The notes: generated by a model from the sequence alone, not told the origin. A DNA stretch of 64,000 bases from Pristiophorus japonicus (GCF_044704955.1 NC_091991.1:55242001-55306000); one strand, 5' to 3'; shown: positions 37,182 through 50,920, counted from the stretch's first letter. Numbers and translations: made by a program.

Positions 37182-37618
37182 GACTGCTTGTCTAACATCC
37201 AGTTCTGGATAAGCAGAAATTTTCTCCAATTCAGTATTGGGAAGACCGAAGCCATTGTTTTCGGTCCCCACCACAAACTCCATTCCCTAACCACTGACTC
37301 CATCCCTCTCCCCAACTTCTGTCTGAGGCTGAACCAAACTGTTCGCAACCTTAGTGTCATATTTGACCCTGAAATGAGCTTTCGACTATATATCCGCAGT
37401 ATAACTAAGACCGCCTATTTCCACCTCTGTATCACCCGTCTCCACCCTTGCCTCAGCTCATCCGCTGCTGAAGCCCTCAGCCATGCCTTTGTTACCTCTA
37501 GACTTGACTATTCCAATGCACTGCTGGCTGGCCTCCCACATTCTACCCTACGTAAACTAGAGGTGATCCAAAACTCAGCTGCCTGTGTCCGAACTCGCAC
37601 CAAGTCCCGCTCACCCAT

Positions 37619-38375
37619 TCATCATCATCATCATCATAGGCAGTCCCTCGGAATCGAGGAAGATTTGCTTCCACTCTTAGCATGAGTTCTTAGGTGGTTG
37701 TACAGTCCAATACGAGAACCAGAGTCTCTGTCACAGGTGGGACAGATAGTCGTTGAGGGGAAGGGTGGGCAAGGAGTCTGGTTTGCCGCACGCTCCTGCC
37801 GCTGCTTGCGCTTGATTTCTGCATGCTCTCGGCGACGATACTCGAGGAACTCAGCGCCCTCCCGGATGCACTTCCTCCACTTAGGGCGGTCTTTGGCCAG
37901 GGACTCCCAGATGTAGTGGGGATGTTGCACTTTATCAGGGAGGCTTTGAGGGTGTCCTTGTAATGTTTTCTCTGCCCGCCTTTGGCCCATTTGCCGTGGA
38001 CGAGTTCAGAGTCGAGCACTTGCTTTGGGAGTCTCGTGTCTGTCATGCGAACTCTGTGGCCTGCCCAACGGAGCTGATCAAGTGTGGTCAGTGCTTCAAT
38101 GCTGGGGATGGTGGCCTGGACAAGGATGCTAATGTTGGTGCGTCTGTCCACCCAGGGGATTTGTGGGATCTTGCGGAGACATCGCTGGTGGTATTTCTCC
38201 AGCGACTTGAGGTGTCTACTGTACATGGTCCACATCTCTGAGCCATACAGGAGGGTGGGTATTACTACAGCCCTGTAGACCATAAGCTTGGTGACAGTTT
38301 TGAGGGCCTGGTCTTCAAACACTCTTTTCCTCAGGCGGCCGAAGGGTGCACTGGCGCACTGGAGGCGGTGTTGGA
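37619..38375 (-). mobile_element. RTE-clade LINE 3' fragment
   Basis: FGRLRKRVF, LLYGSEMW, QLRWAGH, CPTC..H zinc finger, (ATG)n tail; same family as 51470-53710. Confidence 0.9.
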
Positions 38376-39487
38376 ACCTTGGTGTCATCTTTGACCCTGA
38401 AATGAGCTTTCGACCACATATCCGCAGTATAATTAAGACCGCCTATTTCCACCTCTGTGCTCGTTGACCTACATTGACTTCCGGATAAGCAATGCCTCGA
38501 TTTTAAAATTCACATCCTTATTTTCAAATCTCACCTCACACCCCCTCCCCCCAGACCCCCCACCAAAGAGATGTCTGTGCTCCTCTAATTCTGCCCTCTT
38601 GAGCATCCCTGATTATAATTGCTCAACCATTGGTGGCCGTGCCTTCTGTTGCCTAGGCTCCAAGCTCTGGAACTCTGCCTAAACCTCTCCGCCTCTCTTT
38701 CCTCCTTCAAGACGCTGTTTAAAATCTACCACTTTGACCAAGGTTTTGGTTACCTGCACTAATTTCTACTTATGCAGCTCGGTGTCAATTTTTTAATCTC
38801 ATAATACTGCTGTGAAGCACCTTGGGACATCTCACTTCGTTAAAAGGTGCTATATGAATACATGTTGTTGTTGTTGATTCCATTCCTGGACAACAGTCAC
38901 AGGCTGAACTAGCTTGAAACCCTAGTGCCTATTTGACCATGAGCTAAGCTGCTTCTGACTCCATATCTTCTCCATCACAAAGTCTTCCATCCCTATAACA
39001 TTGCCCTACCTCAGAAATATTACATTTCATAAATTATTTCAAAATAAGCCAGGATAATTGGACCAGATATAAACAGAAATTGGAAAAATAAATGTAAAAA
39101 AGATCACAGAAATGCCAGCACGAGGCTATTCTTACCTTTGTGCCAGTGCTCGCTCTATATTATACGAATATCATACACATTACCCAGTCCACATTAATAA
39201 TTTTCCTCGTCAAATGTTTATCAATTTGATTCTTATTTATTAGCCATTTTAAATAATGCATTCTATATTCCAATAATATTGTGTGAAAAAAATGCTTGCA
39301 ACTGCACCCCGGCCGCCTTTATGCTAAATTTATGCCACTTTGTTACCAAATTATAAACTAGTGGAAATAATCTTTAATTTCTAATTCTATCAATCTTTTC
39401 AATACTTTGAACATTTTAATTAGATTGCACTTAAGATGCTTTGCTCTAGTGAATTAAATGCTAGTTTTTCCAGTTTCTCCTAACTAT

Positions 39488-40645
39488 GGGTCCGTTTTTC
39501 GGCACACTTACCGGACTTGTGCCGCTTATTTACGTTCCCAGATGCGGCAAAAAAAAATTGTAACTTTGGCCGCTGTCTGGCCTCGTCACTGCAGTTGCAC
39601 AGCGCAGTGGTGATTCGTGATGTCTGCGCATGCGTTGCAGCGCAACGTATTATTTTGGTGGAGCCACCTTTGGAAGAATACTAGAGAAACTGGGGTAACA
39701 GCCATTGAGAAGTGCTGGGCGTGGGATGATGTGAGTTGTGTAGATTTGCTTACAATACTTCATTTTCTTGTTATGATGAATATTCTACAAAATGTTATAT
39801 TTTCTCTGTAAATGTTTGCCTTGTAAGTGCCATCATTTTTTTAAAAAGACTAAGATGAGGAGTATTGTATTCTCAGCTATTAACTCGCAATTAATTGTAG
39901 ATAAAATAATTTCAAAGTATTAAGATACAGGTGGCCGAGTGGCCTCCCGATGTGATCGATCTCTTAGAAATCACAGGCAGGCAGGAGCACTAAGAGATCG
40001 ATCGCATCGGGAGGCCACTTGGCCAGGGCTAGGGACGGGCAGGAGAACTGCTGGAAATCACAGGCAGGCAGGAGCACTATCAGTGCTCCTGCCCGCCCCT
40101 AGCCCTGGCCGAGTGGCTTCCCAGTGCGTTGTCCCTCCCCTAGCCCAGGCCGAGTGGCCTCCCGCACCGGCCCACTGCCTTCCCAGGCCGAGTTTAAAGA
40201 TGAAGGTAGGACTTCAATTTTTTATTTCTTATTGAATTGCTAGTACTTTTTGTTTGCAAACATTGCTAAGAGTAAGGCTTAGAGGGTTGGTTTAGGTGCA
40301 GGTCCTCTCCACTTCCTGTCCCTATCCCAGGCCGAATGGCCTCCGATGTACCTACCTGCGCCGATTTCTTTAACTCTCCGCAAGGGTTTTCTGAAGTGGC
40401 TACATAAGCTGGCCTAAGTAGAAATGGAGGAACTATTAGCTGGCCAAAGTTGTCTAAATGGGCAGAACTGGCGTTGGTGACTGGTAACGCCTCCTTTTGA
40501 GAAAAAAATACTAACCTAAAAAAATCGTAACTATCTGAGTTACGCTGGTGCAAATTGATTGGGGAAACTGGGGATTTTTAAGTTACGCTAGAAAAATCAG
40601 GTTACTCCAAAAAAAACCGGAGCAACTCCTGGCCAAAATTGAGCA
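39488..40645. mobile_element. Non-autonomous DNA transposon (MITE-like, probably Harbinger-related) with an internal palindrome
   Basis: GC-rich island in AT-rich DNA, degenerate terminal inverted ends, internal inverted repeat at 39939-40019. Confidence 0.5.
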
Positions 40646-40786
40646 TATATATATCTTTCATCGCTGGTATCATCCTTCTAAATCTACATTGATTTTTTTC
40701 CGTGGCTCCAGTATTGTATCTATAATGGGCTACCCAAAACTGCGCACATTACTTCACCTGTAACCTAACCAATGTCCTGTACATTG

Positions 40787-41333
40787 GCCTGGACTTTGCA
40801 GTGGCATTGACGGCAAAACTGTCATTCACTGCTCCACCACAAGTTGCCCTGTGAAACTTTCCATAGCCAGCAATCAGTGAATTCATATGAACAACCGTTC
40901 TGGCCCTGAAAAACTAATTTTATATTTGTGGAATGTCAAATTTCTGCATTGATAAAAATTACTAGATTTTTTAAAAATAAAAAATATTTAATTTTTTTTT
41001 AAGTTTGTTTGATATTTTAGCTTCTCCCTTAACCCCATGTGTATGCCTCACTCTTTATTTCACTCTCTGTAAAATTTTTCAAAAAGTAAATGATAATCAG
41101 TGCTTTTCATTTCCTGGTTTGCTGTGAGAATTCTTCAATGTGATTGGCTACTTGGCTGCTTAGACAGCTTGATGACATTACTGCTGCTGTATCCCCTTTT
41201 GACTGTACTGCAATCAAATTAAGGTCAAGGAAGCTAAAGTTTTCGCCAGAGATCGGGAGATCTTTGTGGGTAGCTTTCTTCGAGGTCAGTGGCGATCGCT
41301 GTCACTTTGCCACTGATCGCAAATTCTGGGCCA
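40787..41333. mobile_element. MITE with imperfect TIRs
   Basis: GGCCTGGACTTTGC ... GCAAATTCTGGGCC. Confidence 0.6.
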
Positions 41334-43629
41334 TCAGTTCCTTGCTTTTGTATTCAATGAACCTCTATCTAAAACCCAGAAGTCCAGTTACCCATTGTAT
41401 GGTCTTATGCAATCCTGCTTTTAGACATTGTTTATTGGTATCCCGCAATCTCATTGTTGCTTCACTTAATTGAAAATTTTAGATTATTTCCATTGTTCTT
41501 TTTCCACAAAATGCATTGCTTCACATTTATCTACATGAACTGCATATTTTGTGATATTTATCATACATCTGTCTACTCTTAACCATATTTTCCTCCAGTC
41601 TTCTGGATTCTTCCTCAGTCTGCCATTACTTGAATTTGATCTCATTATCAAATTTTGATCTCTATTTGCCGATCTGCAAATCTTTTCTGTAATAGCAAAA
41701 ATAAAGAGCTCCCAACAAGGATGGGGCCAGGGTTGAATTTAGGGAGATAGGTGTCATGGAGGGAGGTCAAAGTCTAGGTTTGGCCAACTTGGCACAGCAC
41801 AGCACAGCACAACACAGCCATGACATATCCTCTGATGCTGCACTGCCGTTTGAGTCAGACACAAAACCTCAGTGGGATTGCGATTGGGAATTTAAAAGTT
41901 AAGTGAGTAAATTATCTAGTCAGTTTTGGATGAGTCCTGATATACAAAATTAACCATCCTCAAAGTGACTGGTGAGGGACATGACCACCGCACACCCTGC
42001 GGCTCTGCTGCTGGGTCACAAGTTATCTGGAGCACACCACTAGCTACATCATGTCAATCAGGGAAATATCCAATTATTCATAGTGTCTACTCAATCCACC
42101 CCATCACTTCACTGTTAACACCTGAGCCTTTAATATTCACAGGTCTCTAAGTGTGGTATTATCAGATAGCAGAGGCACTTCTTTCCTTATGCTTGCATTG
42201 GGGTTGTTCTAGATACAGGAGAATTAGGGTATTAAGAGGATTGAGTTTCAATGGACATTTGTCTCTTGGATTTTTCTCGTGTAATCTTTCAGTACTCTAG
42301 TTTCAAATCTGAATAACTTATACAGAAAGCTTTGGCAATTGCATATAAAATATTATATTTGCTGATCAAGACTGAATGTGTCCCAAGAGACCTGCTGCAC
42401 AGGGCACTGCAAACTGCAAAAATGGCCTGTTCCAAAGCTGAATGGAATTGGTTATGCCGGGTGTTATATGGTTGTTTTTAATTTATTAGAACACTCTGGG
42501 GCAAAATTGTCCCTTTTATTGATGGCCGTTAGCGCCTACCGGAACCGGGTATTTTGCCCAGGCGCGGCACAAAAATCACCTCCAGCGGAATTCAGCAGGG
42601 GTTTTGCGGGGGCACCGAGCGACCCACTGGGCTGCGTATCGTGCCCCCCTCCATCCCCACAGAAATTAAATTGCCAGCCACAACCTACCTTAGCACCTGG
42701 CGATGTCAACGACAGCTTGCGCTGCTGAGTTGCCTTGGGAACTGGATGCAGCAGCACTATTTAAAGGCGCCATCTTGGAAACTATTGTCTGTCGGCACAG
42801 GGACAACCACATCAACCTGTTGCCAGCCCTGTGGCGCCGCCTTCCTCTGACAACAGGAGGCCTTACTCTCAGGGTATTCAGCAGCAGTTCTCCTACATCA
42901 ATTTCACTGAGGAGCAGTGTGTGCGAAGGCTGCATTTCAGCAAGGACATGGTCACAGAGCTCTGCCATTTGCTGAAAACAGACCTCGAGCCTCATATCAG
43001 GGTGAGGATATCTCTCTGTGAAAGTCAAGGTCACCATCGCGCTCAATTGCTACACCAATGGATTTTTCCAAGGAGCAACAGGAGACATCTGTAACATCTC
43101 CCAATTTGCCGTCCATTGCTCCATCCGCGAGGTCACAGATGCTCTGTACAGGAGGAGGAGGTACTATATCTCCTCCTCCATGAGCAGAGAAGCAGCACAA
43201 GCATGCATGCGCCTGTGCCATGATAGCTGGCTTCCCCATGGTGCAGGGTGCCATTGACTGCACCCACATCGTTTTGAGGGCGCCGCATCCTGAGATCTTC
43301 TGTAATTGCAAAGGCTACCACTCACTGAATGTCCAGTTGGTGTGACCACACACGCAATTACTCACCATGAATGCCCGCTATCCTGGCAGCGGCCACAATG
43401 CCTTCATCCTGCACCAGACCGTTGTGCCAGCTCTGCTCCAGCCCCAAAATGAAGCTCGCGGTTGGCTGCTTGGAGACAAGGGATATCCACCTGGCTCATG
43501 ACTCCCCTCCACAACCCCACCACTTCTACCCAATACTCGTACCATGAGAGCTATGCCGCCACCAAGAACATCAGAGTTCATCGGCGTGCTGAAGCACTGG
43601 TTCCGCTGCATTAACAGCCGGGAGGAGTC

Positions 43630-43762
43630 ATAGAAACATAGAAAATAGGTGCAGGAGTAGGCCATTCGGCCCTTTGAGCCTGCATCGCCATTCAATGAGT
43701 TTATGGCTGAAAATGCAACTTCAGTACCCCATTCCTGCTTTCTCGCCATACCCCTTGATCAC
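43630..43762 (-). mobile_element. Short CR1 family A 3' end abutting the CR1-B tail
   Basis: Reverse complement of ~5222-5355. Confidence 0.85.
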
Positions 43763-43764
43763 CC

Positions 43765-46531
43765 TATAAGAATTAGGAACAGGAGTAGGCCATCTAGCCC
43801 CTCGAGCCTGCTCCGCCATTCAACACGATCATGGCTGATCTGGCCGTGGACTCAGCTCCACTTACCCGCCCGCTCCCCATAGCCCTTAACTCCCTTATTA
43901 GTTAAAACTCTATCTATCTGTGACTTGAATACATTCAATGAGCTAGCCTCAACTGCTTCCTTGGGCAAAGAATTCCACAGATTCACAACCCTCTGGGAGA
44001 AGAAATTCCTTCTCAACTCGGTTTTAAATTGGCTCCCCCGTATTTTGAAGCTGTACCCCCTAGTTCTAGTCTCCCCGACCAGTGGAAACAACCTCTCTAT
44101 CTCTATCTTGTCTATCCCTTTCATTATTTTAAATGTTTCGATAAGATCACCCCTCATCCTTCTGAACTCCAATGAGTAAAGACCCAGTCTACTCAATCTA
44201 TCATCATAAGGTAACCCCCTCATCTCCGGAATCAACCTAGTGAATCGTCTCTGTACCCCCTCCAAAGCCAGTATATCCTTCCTTAAGTAAGGCGACCAAA
44301 ACTGCACGCAGTACTCCAGGTGCGGCCTCACCATTACCCAATACAGTTGCAGAAGGACCTCCCTGCTTTTGTACTCCATCCCTCTCGCAATGAAGGCCAA
44401 TATTCCATTCGCCTTCCTGATTACCTGCTGCACCTGCAAACTAACTTTTTGGGATTCATGCACAAGGACACCCAGGTCCCTCTGCACCGCAGCATGTTGT
44501 AATTTCTCCACATTCAAATAGTATTCCCTTTTTTTGTTTATTTTCCCCAAGGTGGATGACCTCGCACTTTCCGACATTGTATTCCATCTGCCAAACCTTA
44601 GCCCATTCGCTTAACCTATCTAAATCTCTTTGCAGCCTCTCTGTGTCCTCTACACAACCCGCTTTCCCACTAATCTTTGTGTCATCTGCAAATTTTGTTA
44701 CACTACACTCTGTCCCCTCTTCCAAGTCATCTATGTATATTGTAAACAGTTGTGGTCCTAGCACCGATCCCTGTGGCACACCACTAACCACTGATTTCCA
44801 ATCCGAAAAGGACCCATTATCCCGACTCTCTGTTTTCTGTTAGCCAGCCAATTCTCTATCCATGCTAATACATTTCCACTGACCCCGCGTACCTTTATCT
44901 TCTGCAGTAACCTTTTGTGTGGCACCTTATCGAATGCCTTTTGAAAATCTAAATACATCACATCCATCGGTACACCTCTATCCACCATGCTCGTTATATC
45001 CTCAAAGAATTCCAGTAAATTAGTTAAACATGATTTCCCCTTCATGAATCCATGATGCGTCTGCTTGATTGTATTATTCCCATCTAGATGTCCCGCTATT
45101 TCTTCCTTAATGATAGCTTCAAGCATTTTCCCCACTACAGATGTTAAACTAACCGGCCTATAGTTACCTGCCTTTTGTCTGCCCCCTTTTTTAAACAGAG
45201 GCGTTACATTAGCTGCTTTCCAATCCGCTGGTACCTCCCCAGAGTCCAGAGAATTTTTGTAGATTATAACGAATGCATCTGCTATAACTTCCGCCATTTC
45301 TTTTAATACTCTGGGATGCATTTCATCAGGACCAGGGGACTTGTCTACCTTGAGTCCCATTAGCCTGTCCAGCACTACCCCCCTAGTGATAGTGATTGTC
45401 TCCAGGTTCTCCCTTCCCACATTCCTGTGACCAGCAATTTCTGGCATGATTTCTGTGTCTTCCACTGTGAAGACCGAAGCAAAATAATTGTTTAAGGTCT
45501 CAGCCATTTCCACATTTCCCATAATTAAATCCCCCTTCTCATCTTCTAAGGGACCAACATTTACTTTAGTCACTCTTTTCCGTTTTATATATCTGCAAAA
45601 GCTTTTACTATCCGTTTTTATGTTTTGCGCAAGTTTACCTTCGTAATCTATCTTTCCTTTCTTTATTGCTTTCTTAGTCATTCTTTGCTGTCGTTTAAAA
45701 TTTTCCCAATCTTCTATTTTCCCACTAACCTTGGCCACCTTATACGCATTGGTTTTTAATTTGATACTCTCCTTAATTTCCCTGGTTATCCACGGCTGGT
45801 TATCCCTTCTCTTACCGCCCTTCTTTTTCATTGGAATATATTTTTGTTGAGCACTATGAAAGAGCTCCTTAAAAGTCCTCCACTGTTCCTCAATTGTGCC
45901 ACCGTTTAGTCTGTGTTTCCAGTCTACTTTTGCCAACTCTGCCCTCATCCCACTGTAGTCCCCTTTGTTTAAGCATAGTATGCTCGTTTGAGACACTACT
46001 TCCTCACCCTCAATCTGTATTACAAATTCAACCATACTAAGATCACTCATTCCGAGAGGATCTTTTACAAGATCGTTTATTATTCCTGTCTCATTACACA
46101 GGACCAGATCTAAGATAGCTTGCTCCCTTGTAGGTTCTGTAACATACTGTTTTAAGAAACAATCCCGTATGCATTCTATGAATTCCTCCTCCAGGCTACC
46201 CCGTGCGATTTGATTTGACCAATCGATATGTAGGTTAAAATCCCCCATGATTACTGCCATTCCTTTTTCACATGCCTCCATTATTTCCTTGATTATTGCC
46301 CGCCCCACCGTGAAGTTATTATTTGGGGGCCTATAAACTACGCCCACCAGTGACTTTTTCCCCTTACTATCTCTAATCTCCACCCACAATGGTTCAACAT
46401 TTTGTTCATTAGAGCCAATATCGTCTCTCACAACTGCCCTGATATCATCCTTTATTAACAGAGCTACCCCACCTCCTTTCCCTTCTTGTCTACCTTTCCG
46501 AATCGTCAGATACCCCTGTATGTTTAATTCC
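43765..46531 (-). mobile_element. CR1 family B, 5'-truncated, frameshifted ORF2
   Basis: ORFs 44758-46431, 44456-44791 and 43852-44577; highly similar to 20970-24656; carries an unoccupied TTCATGCACAAGGA site at 44455-44468. Confidence 0.93.
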
Positions 46532-46879
46532 CATGCAGTACTTGCCTGAGTGGGTTTCCCTATTCATCGCCATCTGCTGCACAACCTGGCCATCATGAGG
46601 GCACAGCCATTTCCACCAGGCATAGCTGCACCACCTCAGGAGAAGGAACAAGAGCAGTAACAGCCGCAAGGAGGTCCGCAAACATCTCATCAGAGTTCGT
46701 TTCCACTGATTTCTATCCCACTTCCTGTAGACGTCCTCACATCAATTAGCCCTTCCATACCAAAGCCCCACGACTGAAATGAGAGACTACAGCAAACATC
46801 AACATTTATCATACAACAATAAAATGTATAACTGTGTATTTATTCATCACCCTTGTGAATTTCCTTTTTTGTTGAACTG

Positions 46880-49350
46880 TTCTAATATTCCTCTGCAGTG
46901 TGTCCCCTGTGGCAGTAGAATGGCTGGTGGAAGGCTGCTGTGTGTCACTGCCAGAGACTACAGATAGCCTTGTAGGATGCCCTCGACCAGCTCTGGGCCT
47001 GGCTGCAGACTGCACCAGCTCAGGCTTGGCGGCCGTAGGTCTGGGCTGGCTGGATGACAGGCAGCGACAAATACAATGGCGGAGTGGCAGTGGTTGGATC
47101 AGGAATGCTGTCATCCTGAGAGAGGACAGCAGGTTCCTGCTCCACTGACCCAGTACCACTCCCCTGGGGCAGCACTCCCACCAGTCTGCATGGAACACAG
47201 TTTGCTGGGCTGCTGCAACAGTGTGATCTCCGGTTGACTGTGGTGGACACAGCAGCAATGGCAGCAGTCAGCTTGCGTGACATGCAGCTAAGACCGCATG
47301 ACAGCACCAAGACGTTGCGTGGCATCAAGCTGAGACTGCATGAGAGCAGTCTGAGCTTCCATGCGAGGAACCATTGACTCCACTGCAGCAGCAAGACATT
47401 GCATTGCTTCCGCCTGTGCTGTAATCAAAGCTGCCACATCGCCCATGACACGTCACGAGGTCTGGATCCGCAATCTCTCTGGGAGTCCACCATTGTCTAT
47501 ACACTGGCAATGATAGGCTCCATGATGTGCGCAGAGTTGTGTACAATGCGGGAGGCGGACTCCTCCACGCTCCTTACAACCTCCGACAGGCTCTCGGGCA
47601 CCTTTGCCATTGCACCCATCATGTCGAAGTGCATGGCCATCACCTGGTGTGTGAACGCCTCCCCATCGAAGTCCTCATCCAAGTCCTGTGCAGCAGAACT
47701 TGCGCACGAACTCGCCCTCTGGAGAGATGGCTCCCGCTGTTCCCTGTCCCCTTAACGGTGATGCAGCCCTGGTGTATCACCCAGTGTAGACCCCTCTACT
47801 AAGCTAACCACTAAGACCCCCGTCGTGCCAGTATCTGAGCTGGTGCCTGCGGGTGAGAGAGGCAGTGACGCAATGTTTGGCTGCTCCTCCTCCCCCTCCC
47901 AGTCACCCTTATGACTGGGTTGAGGGGGGAGGCTCAGGCACAGGCTGCTGATCTTCTGCATGGTTATCTGAAAGCATAAATGGCACAAGAGTCATGTTCA
48001 GGTGAAGGCAGGGGGACAGGAATGGAGCAAGGAAGGCAGACAGAATGAGGAACTGTAAAATGATAAGGCCTTCTGGTTTAACGGAGAAGTGTGATAAGAG
48101 GGGATAAAGATACCATTGTTGCCCCCAGTGGGCACTATGTCTCCGCCGGCCACGGCACACACCACCTGCAGGCCAACGAGCCACAGCACTCGCTCCTCCT
48201 GGTCAGAAAGCTGGCGCATTTCAGCTTTCTCCCCTCCAGTCCATTGCTGCTCCATCCTGTTGTGTGCCATCTTGGCCTGCAAAAGAAAGGAGCCTGTGTA
48301 TGTAAGAGTCCAGTTATGTATGTGGAAGATATGCCTGCTGTGGTTAAGTAGCTGTGAATGTTGGCAAGGCATAAAATGAGGCTGTGACTGTGAGTAGGCA
48401 CAGATGTTTGGTGGTTGCCTGTTGGGTTAAGTGCTGGTTTGCAGAGTGTGCACACAGAGGGGGCTAAATTGCCACCGTATCCTTACGGGACTGGGACTTT
48501 TAGCGCCGGCACAGAAGACCCACCCTCTACGCTGAATTGGGCCTATCACCTCTCAAAAGGAAGTGGATCGTTATCTCCGGCGCTCTGCTTCCTGTAGGGG
48601 TGGGTGCCGGGGCGTTACTGTAGCGCTCAGTGGAGCGTCCACGTAGTGCTGATGCGCTACAATGATTAAAGGGGAAGGCCGCCGCGCACTCTACAGGCCC
48701 TTTGATGGCCACCACTGGGCCACCAGGGCAGCGCGAGACCAGGCCAGCAGCCCGGCACCCAAGACAGAGTGCTGGGCTGCATGATGGTGGCCCGGTCCAC
48801 GCTAGGACATCCAATGTCAAGCTGACCAGAGAGTCGGACAACAAAAAAAGATGGCAGCCCGGGGCGCTGTCACCGTCGCCTTCCCCTTTAACTACTGCCC
48901 TGGGAGTGGACATCCACCCACACCAGCTTCACGGCCCGCACGGCGGTTGCGTAGTGGCCCAGGGTGCTAACCGTGTGGTGCGGCGCTGCTGTGCCAGCGC
49001 CTCTGCAACCTCCCGGGCAATTTCCCTGAAGGTGGCAGCGCCCCCCTCCTTCCCGCAGATGCTAACGGGGCTATAAAAAGCAATTTCGCCCCCAAGGGCT
49101 GTTATGCAAGAGTTGTGCAAACATGTGCTCACCTTGACCACCCGACTGAGGTTATTAAATTTCTTGCGGCATTGTGTTGGGCTTCTGTCAATCATGGTGC
49201 TGGCTGACAGCTCCTCAGCTATCTCTGCCCACATGGCCTTAAAAATCTGTGGAGTTGGCCTTCTCCCAAATGGAGGGAACAGCGCTTCCCTCCTTTTCTC
49301 CACTGCACCCACCATTGAAACGAGTGGCCCTTGTATGAGGTCTTAGAGCA
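46880..49350 (-). pseudogene. Harbinger Myb/SANT-like DNA-binding protein gene, intron-containing
   Basis: AVEKRREALF...WAEIAEEL...RSPTQCRKKFNNL|gtgag; next exon AKMAHNRMEQQWTGG at ~48110-48277; further exon below ~47968. Confidence 0.78.
48459..49093. mobile_element. Harbinger-type MITE in the Myb/SANT gene intron
   Basis: TIRs GGGGGCTAAATTGC / GCAATTTCGCCCCC, similar to the host element TIRs. Confidence 0.75.
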
Positions 49351-50419
49351 GCCATCATAGACCTTGTAGCTCTCAGTCAACTCCAGCAATGATGAAAAAG
49401 ACCAGGTGCTACCTGAAACGACTTCCCCTTTTAAGAACTGGAATGAACAGCAGGCTGATCATCAGTGAATGGAAGTCAGCTGAAATTGGGTGCAGCTCTG
49501 GTAATAGCTCCTCTGCAGCACCCCACTGAGGCCATTAGCACCTCAGATACCACCTCCCTTCATTTCTGAGGGAAGTGCCCAATTTCCCACAAATTTACAG
49601 CCCATCTCACAAGCATGGCGCTGCCCAATTTCGCCCCCTCTATTTTTGCACACCATTTTTACTGCTTCACTTTAGCAAGATATCCAGTAGTAACATTTAG
49701 TCAACACTCATTGTACTACTCTCTCTCGATAAATCAATTCTCATGCACCAATAGTGTCTGTCACTATTGGAGATCAATTTTGTAAGAAATGAGCAAGATC
49801 GGATAGGAGGAAGGTTGCTTTTTTTTTAAGAAAAAGTGAGCAGAGATAAAGTCTGATTTAAAAAAAAATCAAATTCAGAATTGAGACTAGAGGGAACTTT
49901 TCTATGACATAAATTGCCATCCAGTGCAGCCAAAATTGGATCTGCAGATTGTTTCAAAAGGAAGTTGGAAGAGGGCATGTACTGTGGTTTTACACCCACA
50001 ATTTCACAGGACCACAAGCTTTTAATTTAGGCTGTGCTGAGGCACCAGAGGAAGCAGAGTACTTCCCAGTGGTGGGAGGGATTATGAGAGCGCCTGACAC
50101 TCAAATCTCATCTCACTCACTCACTTCTCAGCATACAGTTGAAGAATGCTATAGAGCAGCAGGCTATTTCAGTCCTCTCAATCACCAGGGTCTGATGTTG
50201 GTAGCCGCTATGTCACAGATCCAGTTTATCAATTTATTTCTATAAAAATGGAATCAAGCCTCCCTCAATGGCTCAATGCATTTTTTCAGCAAGTGGCTGA
50301 GCCATACATACAAGATAGATCTAGATTCAATGCTTTACTCACTAAGCTTGTGGTAGGAATTGCTACCATTGGCCTCAATGTGCCAGGCTTAGGGAGGTGA
50401 AAAATTGGGGTTTCTGGTC

Positions 50420-50920
50420 CTCATCACCATCCTGGCCGATCTCCCACCTACCACCCTCCGTAAACTTGAGCTTATCCAAAACTCTGCTACCTGCCTCCCA
50501 ACTCACACCAAGTCCTTTGACTTTCGGTTCAGCAATGCCTCCATTTTAAAATTCTCATCCCTGTGTTCAGATCCCTCCATGGCCTTATCCCGCCCCATCT
50601 CTGTATTTCCTCCAGCCCTACAACCCTCCAAGATCTCTATGCTGCTCCAATTTTGGCCTCTAGCATGTCCCCAATTTCTCTCACTCCACCATTAATGGCT
50701 GTGCTTTCAACTGCCTAGACTATAGGCGCTGGAATTCCTTCGGTAAACTTCTCCACCTCTCTCTTCCTTTAAGTCACTCCTTAAAACCTACCCCTTTGAG
50801 CAAGCTTTCAGTCACGCATCCTAATTGCCGTGTCTCGATGTCAAAGCTTGTCTGATAATGCTCCTGTGAAGCGCCTCGAGACGTTTTACTACATTAAAGG
50901 CACTATATAAATGCAAGTTG
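50420..50920 (+). mobile_element. L2 LINE 3' fragment
   Basis: TLRKLELIQNSA and the L2 tail TATAAATGCAAGTTG. Confidence 0.8.

Larger units (their letters stand above)
32150..38875 (+). mobile_element. L2 LINE fragment split by Gypsy and RTE insertions
   Basis: LLDLSTAF and MYADDTQL before 32563; DCLSNIQFWISRNFLQ...SRLDYSNALL after 37182; L2 tail at ~38850-38875. Confidence 0.85.
42745..46690 (+). pseudogene. Harbinger (HARBI1-like) DDE transposase, split by CR1 at ~43630-46531
   Basis: EEQCVRRLHF, KVTIALN, GDICNISQ, GAIDCTH, SLNVQL, YPGSGHNAFIL, WLLGDKGYP; resumes after the CR1 with QY...ICCTT. Confidence 0.82.
42498..49638. mobile_element. PIF/Harbinger transposon (transposase + convergent Myb/SANT gene), decayed, with nested CR1 and MITE
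   Basis: TIRs GGGGCAAAATTG / CAATTTCGCCCC; 3-bp TSD TCT; two convergent genes. Confidence 0.85.

Noticed and set aside
42745-43625. Host HARBI1 gene
   Set aside because: Frameshifted, interrupted by CR1, and enclosed by TIRs together with a Myb/SANT partner, so it is a transposon copy.
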